A stretch of 64,000 nt of DNA from Deltaproteobacteria bacterium (lineage in GTDB: Bacteria; Myxococcota_A; Polyangia; Polyangiales; Houyiibacteriaceae). Under the pieces are notes generated by a model. The model had not been told where the DNA came from. It did not search any database and worked only from the letters and a program-made list of their open reading frames with translations. Positions 27,622 to 36,787 of the stretch are shown here, piece after piece (within the stretch, counting starts at the first letter, position 1; every line of letters begins with the position of its first letter). Location: contig SHLP01000006.1 of NCBI GenBank assembly GCA_004283055.1, positions 5,131 to 69,130 on the forward strand, written 5' to 3'. The position numbers and the translations under genes are program-made.

Positions 27622-28782
27622 ATGGATCTCAACTTCACCGATTCGGAGAACGCTTTTCGCCGCGAGTGCCGCTCTTGGCTCGAGGCCAACGTGCCTTCAC
27701 AACGTCTTCCGTCGGGCGACACCAAAGAGGGTTTCGCACTGCACCTGAACTGGGAGAACAAGCTCTTCGACGCAGGCTGGGCCGCGGTGTCCTGGCCGAA
27801 GGAGTACGGCGGGCGGGAGGCTACGCTCTTCGAGTGGCTGATCTTCGAAGAGGAGTACTACCGGGTTGGTGCCCCGAGCCGTGTCACCCAGAACGGCATC
27901 TTTCTCTTGGCGCCGACTTTGTTCGAATTTGGTACCGACGAGCAGAAGAGCCGAATTCTTCGGCCGATGGCGCGCGGTGATGTCACCTGGGGGCAGGCCT
28001 GGTCGGAGCCGAACGCTGGCAGCGACCTGGCCTCGCTCAAGAGCACGGCGCGCCGAGTCGAGGGGGGCTGGCGACTGACCGGCCAGAAGACCTGGTCTAC
28101 CCGCGCGGCTTTCTGCGACATGGCGTACGGCCTCTTCCGTACCGACCCTGACCAGGCGCGTCACCGTGGGCTGACCTATTTCATGTTCCCGCTTCGCGCC
28201 GAGGGCGTCACGGTGCGCGGGGTCGATCGACTCGACGGCGACGAAGGCTTTGCCGAGATCTTTCTCGACGATGTCTTCGTGCCCGAGACGGAGATTCTCG
28301 GCGAAGTGCATCACGGATGGAAGGTCGCGATGGCGACCACCAGCTCGGAGCGAGGTTTGAGCCTTCGGAGCCCCGGCCGATTCATGGCGATCGCATCTCG
28401 TTTGGTCAACCTCTATCATCGGTTCCGCGACCGCTCCGATCCGGTTCTTCGCGATCAAGTGATTCAGGCCTGGATGGACGCGCAGGTCTACCGCTGGTTT
28501 ACCTACCAGACGGTCACTCGCATGGCCGAGGGCGAAGAGATCGGGCCCGACTCGAGCATGAACAAGGTGTTCTGGTCGGAGATGGACGTGCGAACGCATG
28601 AAACCGCGCTCGCGATCATCGGTGATGCCCTCGAGCTCGACGAAGCCTCGCCAAGCGCTGTCGATGCCGGCGATTGGATGAGGGGTTTCCAGTTCGCACT
28701 CGCCGGGCCCATCTATGCGGGCACGAACGAAATCCAACGCAACATCATCGCGGAGCGCGTCCTCGGCCTTCCGCGGAAGTAA
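27622..28782 (+). CDS. Acyl-CoA dehydrogenase family protein (C-terminal IYAGTNEIQRNII)
   Basis: 386 aa. MDLNFTDSENAFRRECRSWLE. Confidence 0.85.
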   Translation: MDLNFTDSENAFRRECRSWLEANVPSQRLPSGDTKEGFALHLNWENKLFDAGWAAVSWPKEYGGREATLFEWLIFEEEYYRVGAPSRVTQNGIFLLAPTLFEFGTDEQKSRILRPMARGDVTWGQAWSEPNAGSDLASLKSTARRVEGGWRLTGQKTWSTRAAFCDMAYGLFRTDPDQARHRGLTYFMFPLRAEGVTVRGVDRLDGDEGFAEIFLDDVFVPETEILGEVHHGWKVAMATTSSERGLSLRSPGRFMAIASRLVNLYHRFRDRSDPVLRDQVIQAWMDAQVYRWFTYQTVTRMAEGEEIGPDSSMNKVFWSEMDVRTHETALAIIGDALELDEASPSAVDAGDWMRGFQFALAGPIYAGTNEIQRNIIAERVLGLPRK

Positions 28783-28786
28783 AATC

Positions 28787-29800
28787 ATGCGTTTTGCATT
28801 CACCGATGACCAAAAGATGCTGCGCGATACCGTTCGCGATGTCCTGCGGCGCGAGTGCTCGCCCGAGGTCGTGCGCGACGCCTGGGAAGGAAAGACCGAA
28901 GGGGCTCGTTCGGCGTGGAATACGCTCGCGCAAACCGGCTTGATCGGGATGACGGCGTCCGAAGGGGCCGGCGGCATGTCGATGAGCGAGCTCGACCTCT
29001 TGCTTCCCTTGGAAGAGACCGGCTACGCGGCGATGCCCGGTCCGATCGTCGATACGGCGGCAGTTGGAATCCCCCTGCTCGAAGCAGCGGGCACCGACGC
29101 ACAGAGGGAGCGCTGGCTTGGACTCGCTGCTGCCGGTGAGGCGCGAATCGTCGTCTCGTTCGAAGATCGAGAGATGGTGCCACACGCGGCATCCGCCGAC
29201 ATCTTGATCGCGGAGCGGGGAGGGGCAGGCTACTGCTTGCCGATCGACGAAGTCTCGGTCGTTCCCGAGCGGTCCGTCGACCGGACACGCGAGGTCGGCA
29301 AAGTCGCCTTCGAGCCGAGCCCGAGCTACCGAATGCGCGAAGACGTGAACACCGTAGCTCTCTTCGCGCTGGGCCGGGAGCGCGCCGCGCTCGCGACAGC
29401 CGCTCAACTCGTTGGGCTGTCGCGCCGCATGCTCGACATGGCCGTGCAGTACGCCAAAGACCGCGAGCAGTTTGGCAAACCGATCGGCGCACAGCAGGCG
29501 ATCAAGCATCGGCTCGCAAACGCCCTCATCGAGCAAGAGTTCGCGCGGCCGACTGTGTACCGCGCCGGCTGGTCGCTCGCGACAGGCGCCCGTGACGCTG
29601 AGGTGGACGTCTCCCTTGCTAAGATCTACGCAGGCCAGGCTGCAAAATTCGTGGCGAAACAAGCTCTGCAAGTGCACGGCGCGATCGGCTACACGATCGA
29701 ATGCGACCTGCATATGTGGATGAAACGCGCCTGGGCGCTGGCCGCGGCACATGGCGACGCAGCGCACCACCGCGAGCGGGTCGGCCGACACGTTCTTTGA
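28787..29800 (+). CDS. Acyl-CoA dehydrogenase family protein (partner subunit type)
   Basis: The internal ATG at 28787 gives MRFAFTDDQKMLRDTV, 4 nt after the preceding ACAD. Confidence 0.8.
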   Translation: MRFAFTDDQKMLRDTVRDVLRRECSPEVVRDAWEGKTEGARSAWNTLAQTGLIGMTASEGAGGMSMSELDLLLPLEETGYAAMPGPIVDTAAVGIPLLEAAGTDAQRERWLGLAAAGEARIVVSFEDREMVPHAASADILIAERGGAGYCLPIDEVSVVPERSVDRTREVGKVAFEPSPSYRMREDVNTVALFALGRERAALATAAQLVGLSRRMLDMAVQYAKDREQFGKPIGAQQAIKHRLANALIEQEFARPTVYRAGWSLATGARDAEVDVSLAKIYAGQAAKFVAKQALQVHGAIGYTIECDLHMWMKRAWALAAAHGDAAHHRERVGRHVL

Positions 29801-29867
29801 GCTCGGGGACCAGCCCCTTGCGGGGCAGTTCCAACCCCTCTAAAACCACCGTAATAGTGAGGATCAA

Positions 29868-31022
29868 ATGCCGGAAGCATACATCGTTGAAGCAGTTCGT
29901 TCGCCCGTTGGAAGAAAGAAGGGCGGCCTGAGCAAAGTCCACTCCGCGGACCTGGGCGCTCACGCCATCAAGGGCCTGATCGAGCGCACCGGGGTCGACC
30001 CGGGCGCCGTGGACGACGTTGTCTTCGGCTGCGTGGACTCGGTCGCGACCCAGGCCGGCGACATCGCTCGGACCTGTTGGTTAGCCGCCGGCTACCCGGA
30101 GCACGTTCCTGGTGTGACCGTCGATCGCCAGTGCGGGTCGTCTCAACAGGCGGTCCACTTCGCTGCGCAGGGCGTCATGAGCGGCACGCAGGACGTCGTC
30201 GTTGCCGGTGGTGTTCAGAACATGAGCATGATTCCGATCGGCGCCTCGATGATCGTCGGCAAGGAGCTCGGAATCCCCGACCCGTTTTCTACGTCGGTTG
30301 GTTGGAGCGAACGCTACGGCGACAGGCCGGTGAATCAGTTCTATGGCGCCGAAATGATCGCCAAGGACTGGGACCTCTCGCGAGAGGAGCTCGAGAAGTT
30401 TGCCCTCGAGAGCCACCGGCGCGCGATACAGGCCCAAAAAGAAGGGCGCTTCGATCGTGAGATCATTCCGTTCGGCGACGTCACGGCCGACGAGGGCCCT
30501 CGGGCCGACACCACGCTCGAGAAGATGGCAGCGCTTCCAATCCTGATGGAGGGCGGGCGGCTGACCGCTGCGGTGGCGAGTCAGATTTCAGATGGCTCCG
30601 CGGCCCTTCTCGTCGTCTCGGAAAAGGCCCTCAAAGAGCACCAGCTCACACCGCGGGCTCGTATCCACCATTTGAGCGTCCGGGGCGAAGACCCGATTCG
30701 TATGCTCTCGGCGCCGATCCCCGCGACCCGCTACGCCCTCGAGAAGTCGGGAATGAGCCTCGATGAAATCGACCTCGTCGAGATCAACGAAGCGTTCGCT
30801 CCGGTCGTTTGCGCGTGGGCGAAAGAGCTGGACGTCGATCTCGCGAAGGTGAACGTAAACGGCGGCGCCATTGCGCTCGGTCACCCACTGGGCGCGACTG
30901 GAGCCAAGCTCATGACGACGCTGTTGCACGAGCTCGAGCGCACCGGCGGCCGCTACGGGCTGCAAACGATGTGCGAGGGTGGTGGTCAGGCCAACGTCAC
31001 CATCATCGAACGACTGGGATGA
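29868..31022 (+). CDS. Acetyl-CoA acetyltransferase/thiolase (FadA5/FadA6-like)
   Basis: 384 aa. Nucleophile motif DRQCGSSQQ and C-terminal CEGGGQA. Confidence 0.9.
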   Translation: MPEAYIVEAVRSPVGRKKGGLSKVHSADLGAHAIKGLIERTGVDPGAVDDVVFGCVDSVATQAGDIARTCWLAAGYPEHVPGVTVDRQCGSSQQAVHFAAQGVMSGTQDVVVAGGVQNMSMIPIGASMIVGKELGIPDPFSTSVGWSERYGDRPVNQFYGAEMIAKDWDLSREELEKFALESHRRAIQAQKEGRFDREIIPFGDVTADEGPRADTTLEKMAALPILMEGGRLTAAVASQISDGSAALLVVSEKALKEHQLTPRARIHHLSVRGEDPIRMLSAPIPATRYALEKSGMSLDEIDLVEINEAFAPVVCAWAKELDVDLAKVNVNGGAIALGHPLGATGAKLMTTLLHELERTGGRYGLQTMCEGGGQANVTIIERLG

Positions 31023-31164
31023 GCCCGGCTGACTCCTCAGGTGGGGACTGAATCTATTTTCGAGTCTCACTCTCGAGCTGTGCTCTGTGATGTGACGCAC
31101 AGGACTCGGTGACTTTGTCGACATACCGCCACCGGCTCGGCATCCTTTGAGAGTCAGGTCGAGC

Positions 31165-31533
31165 ATGAGCTCCAAGCTCCCAAAAAAAGGTTCAGATCCA
31201 CCTCCTCCGCGGCGCAGGCAGTCGCAGGTTCGTCCCGCTGCGCAGCCCGATGAACGGCGCCAGGCTGCCCGATGGGCGTCCGATGCCAAGATCCAAATCC
31301 TCTCGCCAATTCAGACGCAGGCGACGGCGTTGGACGTGAGCGCGATGGGGATCCAAGTGGCTCTCGACCAGTGGCTCTCGACCGGCGCGCTTTGTGACCT
31401 GCGCATCACGACCCACACAGGGCGGGTGATCTTCAAGCGCGCGCGGGTCGTCTGGGCTCGTCGTGTCGGCGAAGAGTGCGTGGCTGGCTTGCACGTGGTC
31501 GGTTCCATCGTGCCGCCTCCCGAACAGCAGTAG
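31165..31533 (+). CDS. PilZ domain protein
   Basis: RxxxR (RQAAR) and DxSxxG (DVSAMG) c-di-GMP-binding motifs at canonical spacing. The N-terminus is basic. The start is uncertain (TTG 31147 or ATG 31165). Confidence 0.55.
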   Translation: MSSKLPKKGSDPPPPRRRQSQVRPAAQPDERRQAARWASDAKIQILSPIQTQATALDVSAMGIQVALDQWLSTGALCDLRITTHTGRVIFKRARVVWARRVGEECVAGLHVVGSIVPPPEQQ

Positions 31534-31562
31534 CCGGCAGTCCGTCCTTCGCTGGGTTTTTT
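31534..31562 (+). terminator. Weak intrinsic terminator candidate after the PilZ gene
   Basis: A short stem CCGGC...GCTGG (one G-U pair) is followed by TTTTTT at 31557-31562. Confidence 0.3.
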
Positions 31563-31606
31563 CGGCTCCGATAGCCAGGCGGCTTGACGCGGAGCCTCGG
31601 GCAAAA

Positions 31607-31620
31607 TAGAACACGTTTCA
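31607..31620. promoter_or_regulatory. KstR-type operator candidate TAGAACACGTTTCA
   Basis: About 40 nt upstream of the scp2 ATG. GGCTTGAC (31581-31588) lies 18 nt upstream, so the site would overlap a -10 position. Confidence 0.6.
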
Positions 31621-31661
31621 CTTCTAGTGGACCTTTTTCTACCCGGAACCGGGAGGTGGAC

Positions 31662-31997
31662 ATGGCCAAAGTAGCCAACACAGCAGAGTACTTCGACACC
31701 CTTGCCGATCGTTTCCTGGCCGACCAGGCCAAGGGTGTGAACGCGACCATCCAGTACACCCTCTCCGGTGAAGGTGGGGGCGAGTGGACCATCACGATCG
31801 CCGACGGCGAGTTCAAAGGCGTCGAGACAGGCGGCGTCGAGAAGCCGACGCTGAACGTGATGATGGACGCTGCGAAATTCGTCGAGATGGCGAACGGCGA
31901 CCTCGACGGCCGCAAAGCGTTCCTCACCCGCAAGCTCAAGGTCAAGGGCAACATCGCCCTCGCGCAAAAGATGCAGAAGTTCTTCCCTCAGGGTTAG
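31662..31997 (+). CDS. SCP2 sterol-binding domain protein
   Basis: The ATG at 31662 is preceded by GGGAGGTGG. 111 aa. C-terminal LTRKLKVKGNIALAQKMQKFF is typical of SCP2 domains. Confidence 0.75.
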   Translation: MAKVANTAEYFDTLADRFLADQAKGVNATIQYTLSGEGGGEWTITIADGEFKGVETGGVEKPTLNVMMDAAKFVEMANGDLDGRKAFLTRKLKVKGNIALAQKMQKFFPQG

Positions 31998-32024
31998 TCG
32001 GCTAGGGCGCAACGGGACAAGACC

Positions 32025-32933
32025 ATGAGCGAGATTCTTTCTGCTCCGTACGTTCTCGAATACACGTACACTCGAAGCACCGGACCGGTGGTTGGCCGCT
32101 TCTTGGAAAGCCTGCGCTACGAAGTCCTCGAAGGCGTCAAGACGGCGGACGGTCGTGTGCTTTGCCCTCCTCTCGAATACGACGAAGAAGGTGAGCCCAC
32201 CACGGACGAGTTCGTCCCGATGCGGCCGTCTGGCACGGTGAAGTCGTGGTCATGGGTGCCGGAGCCACGCAGGGGCCATCCCTTCGAACGCCCTTTCGCG
32301 TGGGCCCTCGTTCAAATCGACGGCGCGGACAATGCGATGGTCCATGCCGTCGACGCGGGAGAGGCCAAGCGGATGCACACCGGGATGCGTGTGCGTTTGC
32401 GCTGGGCCGATGAGAAGCACGGCACCATTCGCGACATCGCCTGCTTCGAGCCCATCGCTCCCTACCTGCCGAGCCCTGTTCATCTCGAGTACGACGTGAA
32501 TCCAGGTAAGCATTACAGCGCGTACCTCCGCGGCCTGCAGGAGGGCAAGCTCATCGGAGGCCGTGATCCGGAGGCGGGGAAGGTGTACGTGCCGCCGCGT
32601 GGAGCCGACCCTATGACCGGCAACCCGACCAACGAGTACGTCGAAGTGGCGGACGTCGGAGTGCTGACCACCTTTGCGATCATTCGGATTCCTTTCGAGG
32701 GCCAGAAGCTCAAGCCGCCGTATTGCTTCGGCGCAATCGTGCTCGATGGCGCCGACTCTCCGATCTATCACCTGGTTAGCGGTGTCCCATACGACGAGAT
32801 TCGCATGGGAATGCGCGTGAAGGCGAAGTGGAAGCCCAAAGAGCAATGGGACACCTCGCTGGAGAACATTCTCTACTTCGAGCCCACCGGCGAGCCGGAT
32901 GCGCCTTTCGATAGCTACAAGGAGCATCTCTAG
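32025..32933 (+). CDS. Tandem DUF35 (OB-fold) protein with degenerate zinc ribbons
   Basis: 302 aa with two OB-fold repeats (GTVKSWSWV...MRVRLRW and GVLTTFAIIRIP...MRVKAKW). It lies upstream of two thiolase-like genes. Confidence 0.65.
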   Translation: MSEILSAPYVLEYTYTRSTGPVVGRFLESLRYEVLEGVKTADGRVLCPPLEYDEEGEPTTDEFVPMRPSGTVKSWSWVPEPRRGHPFERPFAWALVQIDGADNAMVHAVDAGEAKRMHTGMRVRLRWADEKHGTIRDIACFEPIAPYLPSPVHLEYDVNPGKHYSAYLRGLQEGKLIGGRDPEAGKVYVPPRGADPMTGNPTNEYVEVADVGVLTTFAIIRIPFEGQKLKPPYCFGAIVLDGADSPIYHLVSGVPYDEIRMGMRVKAKWKPKEQWDTSLENILYFEPTGEPDAPFDSYKEHL

Positions 32934-33988
32934 TGCGTGACGTCGCCATCGTTTCTTTTTCGCAGCTCCCGTCGGTGACGGCGATCGATGCTACCGACGA
33001 AGCGGAGCTCGTTCAGCCGGTGACCTCGGATGCGATGAACCAGGTGGGTCTCACTCAGGACGACATCGGTTTCACTTGCTCGGGGAGCACCGATTACTTG
33101 CCGGGGCGGCCTTTTTCGTTCGTCGCTGCGGTAGACGGCCTAAAGGCATGGCCCCCGCTTCGAGAGTCCCACGTCGAGATGGACGGAGCGTTTGCGCTCT
33201 ATGAGGCCTGGGTCCGTCTCATGCACGGCGACATCGACACCGCACTGGTGTTTTCCTTTGGGAAGAGCTCGCTCGGCTCCGTCCCCGATATCCTCAACCT
33301 GCAAAACGACCCCTACTACGTTCAGCCGCTCGGGCTCGACTCGATCAGCGCCGCGGCGCTCCAGGCGCAGGCGATGATCGACGCAGGAAAAGCGACCGAG
33401 CGTGATTTCGCCGAGGTCGCGGCTCGCAATCGAAAGAACGCCGTCGACAACCCGAACGCGCAAATCAGGGGCGACTTCAGCGTGGAACAAATGCTCGAGG
33501 AGCCGTACATCAGCTCGCCGTTGCGCAAGAGCTTCTGTTCCCCAGTGTCCGACTCCGCCGCGGCTATCGTGCTTGCCGCGGGCGATCGGGCGCGAGAGCT
33601 GGTGAAGCGGCCGGCCTGGATTCGCGGAATCGATCACCGGACGGAGCCGCATTCGCTTGGCCAGCGTGACCTCACGACATCGCCATCTGCCAAACTCGCT
33701 TCCGAGAAAGCAGGCCTAGTGCAGGGAAGGGTCGACGTCGCCGAGCTGCACGCACCCTTTGCACATCAGGAGATCATACTTCGGGAAGCCATGGGGCTCG
33801 GCGACGAGGTGAGCATCAATCCTTCAGGCGGCGCCCTCGCAGCCAACTCGCTGATGACCGCAGGGCTGATTCGATTCGGCGAGGCGGCCAGCCGCCTTCT
33901 TTCCGGAAATGCGGGTCGTGCTCTGGCGCACACTAGTAACGGTGTATGCCTTCAACACAATCTGGTTGCCGTTTTGGAGGGGGAATAA
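32933..33988 (+). CDS. Thiolase-like protein lacking the nucleophilic cysteine (Ltp-like)
   Basis: The GTG start overlaps the upstream TAG (TAGTG). At the expected nucleophile position it reads VEMDGAFA instead of C-x-S-S/G. Confidence 0.65.
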   Translation: MRDVAIVSFSQLPSVTAIDATDEAELVQPVTSDAMNQVGLTQDDIGFTCSGSTDYLPGRPFSFVAAVDGLKAWPPLRESHVEMDGAFALYEAWVRLMHGDIDTALVFSFGKSSLGSVPDILNLQNDPYYVQPLGLDSISAAALQAQAMIDAGKATERDFAEVAARNRKNAVDNPNAQIRGDFSVEQMLEEPYISSPLRKSFCSPVSDSAAAIVLAAGDRARELVKRPAWIRGIDHRTEPHSLGQRDLTTSPSAKLASEKAGLVQGRVDVAELHAPFAHQEIILREAMGLGDEVSINPSGGALAANSLMTAGLIRFGEAASRLLSGNAGRALAHTSNGVCLQHNLVAVLEGE

Positions 33989-35136
33989 TGGCCGAGCCAT
34001 GTGCCGTCATCGGGATTGGCCAGACCAAGCATCGCGAGAGCCGTCGCGACCTGTCGATTCCGGGCTTGGTCCGCGACGCGGCGATCCGCGCATTGCAAGA
34101 CGCAGACATGACCTGGAAGGACATCGACTCCATCGTGATCGGAACCGCTCCAGACATGTTCGAGGGCGTCATGATGCCGGAGCTTTGGTTGTCAGACGCA
34201 CTCGGCGCAGCCGGAAAGCCGATTCTACGGGTTCACACCGCGGGCTCGGTCGGTGGCTCCACGGCCGTGGTAGCCGCGCATCTCGTTCAAGGCGGCGTTC
34301 ATGAGAAAGTTCTCACTCTGGCGTTCGAGAAGCAGAGCGAGTCCAACGCCATGTGGGCGCTCTCACCGGCGATTCCTTTCCAACCGCAGCTCGTTGCTGG
34401 TGCCGGCGGCTACTTTGCACCGCTCATCCGTTCGTACATCCGCCGAGCCGATGCGCACCCCGATACGGGTTGCGTGGTCGCCGTGAAGGACCGTCAACAC
34501 GGCTTGCTCAATCCGAACGCACACCTCCACCTCGACCAGACCCTAGAGCAGGTGAAAGCGTCGCCGATGCTATGGGACCCGATTCGCTACTCGGAGACTT
34601 GCCCTTCCTCGGACGGGGCGGTGGCGATGGTACTCGTGAGCGCGAAGCATGCAGGACGGGTCAGCAACCCAGCCTGGGTGAAGGGCACCTCGGTCCGGAC
34701 CGAACGCACGTTCTTTGCGGGCCGCGATCAGGTGAACCCCGCAGCCGGCAAGCTTTGCGCCAAGGACGTGTACGACGAGGCCGGCATCAGCAACCCGCTC
34801 CAAGAGATCGACTGCGCCGAGGTCTATGTTCCGTTTTCTTGGTTCGAACCGATGTGGCTCGAGAATCTGGGCTTTGCCGAAGAAGGCGAGGGCTGGAAAA
34901 TGACGATGGAGGGCAAAACCAAACTAGGTGGGGAGATGCCATGGAACATGTCCGGCGGCGTCATGTGTACCAATCCGATCGGGGCCAGCGGCATGCTTCG
35001 ATTCGCGGAGGCTGCGCGCCAGGTGCGTGGGACGGCGGAACGGCACCAGGTCGACGGTGCGAAGGTCGCCGTCGGTCACGCCTACGGAGGCGGTTCACAG
35101 TTCTTCGCGATGTGGGTCGTTGGCTCGGAGCGCTGA
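33988..35136 (+). CDS. SCP-x type thiolase-like lipid-transfer protein lacking the nucleophilic cysteine (Ltp-like)
   Basis: The start at ATG 33988 forms a TAATG overlap. MAEPCAVIGIGQTKH. At the expected nucleophile position it reads VHTAGSVGG. Confidence 0.75.
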   Translation: MAEPCAVIGIGQTKHRESRRDLSIPGLVRDAAIRALQDADMTWKDIDSIVIGTAPDMFEGVMMPELWLSDALGAAGKPILRVHTAGSVGGSTAVVAAHLVQGGVHEKVLTLAFEKQSESNAMWALSPAIPFQPQLVAGAGGYFAPLIRSYIRRADAHPDTGCVVAVKDRQHGLLNPNAHLHLDQTLEQVKASPMLWDPIRYSETCPSSDGAVAMVLVSAKHAGRVSNPAWVKGTSVRTERTFFAGRDQVNPAAGKLCAKDVYDEAGISNPLQEIDCAEVYVPFSWFEPMWLENLGFAEEGEGWKMTMEGKTKLGGEMPWNMSGGVMCTNPIGASGMLRFAEAARQVRGTAERHQVDGAKVAVGHAYGGGSQFFAMWVVGSER

Positions 35137-35148
35137 GCGGGAGGCACG

Positions 35149-36753
35149 ATGGAATATAACCTTGCAGACCTCTACGAGGCGATTGCGGACGCGGTGCCGG
35201 ACAACGTGGCCCTTGCCTCGGGCGACGTTCACCGCAGCTACGCTGAGCTGGACAAGCGGGCGAACCGTTTGGCCCACTACTTCAGTTCGCGCGGTATTGG
35301 TCCAGGCGACCACGTCGGGCTGCATCTCTTCAATGGACACGAGTTCGTCGAAGCGATTCTGGCGCTCTTCAAGATTCGGGCCGTCGGGATCAACATGAAC
35401 TACAGGTTCGTGGGACCCGAGGTACGGTACATGATCGAGAACGCCGACCTAGTCGGGATCATTACCCAGCGACGTTTTCTGCCGGTCATCAACGAGGCGA
35501 TGGAAGGTCGCGAGCCGCTGAGGGCGCTCATCGTGATCGAAGATGGTGCCGACGCCGGCACCGATCATGAGTTCATCGAGTACGAGGCCGCGCTCGCGCA
35601 GGGCTCCGAAGAGCGTGGTTTTGGGACTAGGTCCGGAAAAGACCTCTACATCATCTACACCGGTGGGACGACGGGGATGCCGAAGGGAGTCATGTGGCAG
35701 CATGAGGACCTGTTCTTTACCGGCCTTCAAGGCGGGTCCCCTGGAGGCGATCCCGTCGATTCGCCGGAGCAGCTCATCGAACAAGTCAAAGAGGGCTGGT
35801 ACACGGTCACGATGCTCCCCTGCGCACCGTTCATTCACGGCGCTGCGCAGTGGACCCAGTGGATATGCCACACCACCGGCGGGAAGCTCGTGCTTCAGGA
35901 CGGCCCGAGCTTCGACGCGAAGCGCATTCTATCTCTCATTGCCGAGGAGGAAGTTTCGACCATTTCGCTCGTAGGTGATGCGATGGCCATCCCCCTCATC
36001 GAGGAGCTGCGCCAAGGCGACTACGACGTGTCGAACCTGGCCGTCATTGCATCCGCGGGTGCGATTCTTTCGGCAAGCATCCAGAACGAGCTCGAAGCAC
36101 TCCTGCCCGACGTGATGATCATCAACAGCTTCGGGACGAGCGAATCGGGCGACCTCGGCCGAGCGGCAGGCGATGAGGAAAGCCACGAGAATCGCCCCTC
36201 CTTTTACATGGGTGACGAGGTCACCGTGCTGGACGAGAACGGCGAGCAGATCGAGCCGGGGTCTGGGACGGTTGGTCTGGTAGCCCGCTCGGGCCGACTG
36301 CCCATCGGCTATTACAAGGACCCCGAAAAGACCGCGGAGCGCTTCAAAGAGTTCAAAGGCAAGCGCTGGGTCGTTCCCGGGGACTTCGCCACTATCGAAG
36401 AAGACGGGCGCATCACCTTTCTCGGCCGGGGCAGCAAGTGCATCAACACGGGCGGCGAGAAGGTCTTCCCTGAGGAAGTGGAAGAAGCCTTGAAGGCGCA
36501 TCCGGACGTCATCGATGCGCTCGTCGTGGCCGTTCCCGACCCTCGCTTCGGATCCAAGGTTGCTGCGGTCTTCAATACCCGCGGCAATCAACGGCTCTCC
36601 CTCGAAGACATACAGCAGCATTGCCGCAAACACATCGCCGGGTACAAGGTCCCCCGACAGATCACGATCACAGAAACGGTTTCCCGCATGCCGAGTGGAA
36701 AACCCGACTACAAGTGGGCGGAGGAAATCGCCCGAAGTCACGCGAGCGCCTAG
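35149..36753 (+). CDS. Acyl-CoA synthetase (FadD19-like steroid/medium-chain CoA ligase type)
   Basis: 534 aa. The N-terminal pattern LADLYEAIADAVPDNVALASGD...ELDKRANRLAHYF and YTGGTTGMPKGV match this family. Confidence 0.85.
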   Translation: MEYNLADLYEAIADAVPDNVALASGDVHRSYAELDKRANRLAHYFSSRGIGPGDHVGLHLFNGHEFVEAILALFKIRAVGINMNYRFVGPEVRYMIENADLVGIITQRRFLPVINEAMEGREPLRALIVIEDGADAGTDHEFIEYEAALAQGSEERGFGTRSGKDLYIIYTGGTTGMPKGVMWQHEDLFFTGLQGGSPGGDPVDSPEQLIEQVKEGWYTVTMLPCAPFIHGAAQWTQWICHTTGGKLVLQDGPSFDAKRILSLIAEEEVSTISLVGDAMAIPLIEELRQGDYDVSNLAVIASAGAILSASIQNELEALLPDVMIINSFGTSESGDLGRAAGDEESHENRPSFYMGDEVTVLDENGEQIEPGSGTVGLVARSGRLPIGYYKDPEKTAERFKEFKGKRWVVPGDFATIEEDGRITFLGRGSKCINTGGEKVFPEEVEEALKAHPDVIDALVVAVPDPRFGSKVAAVFNTRGNQRLSLEDIQQHCRKHIAGYKVPRQITITETVSRMPSGKPDYKWAEEIARSHASA

Positions 36754-36787
36754 ACCGGAGCAATCGAGTCAAGTCAGCCGAGGAAGC

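Noticed and set aside
29785-29799. A possible KstR-type half-site (GACACGTTCTTTGA) upstream of the thiolase at 29868.
   Set aside because: The left arm lacks AAC, so it is not palindromic. It lies inside the 3' end of the ACAD coding sequence.
29805-29850. A possible sixth REP copy (GGGGACCAGCCCC...ACCCCTCTAAAACC) between the ACAD and thiolase genes.
   Set aside because: Only the first 6 nt and the CTCTAAAACC block resemble the family. The GCACACCGCGAAAAC block and the correct spacing are absent, so it is too degenerate to call.
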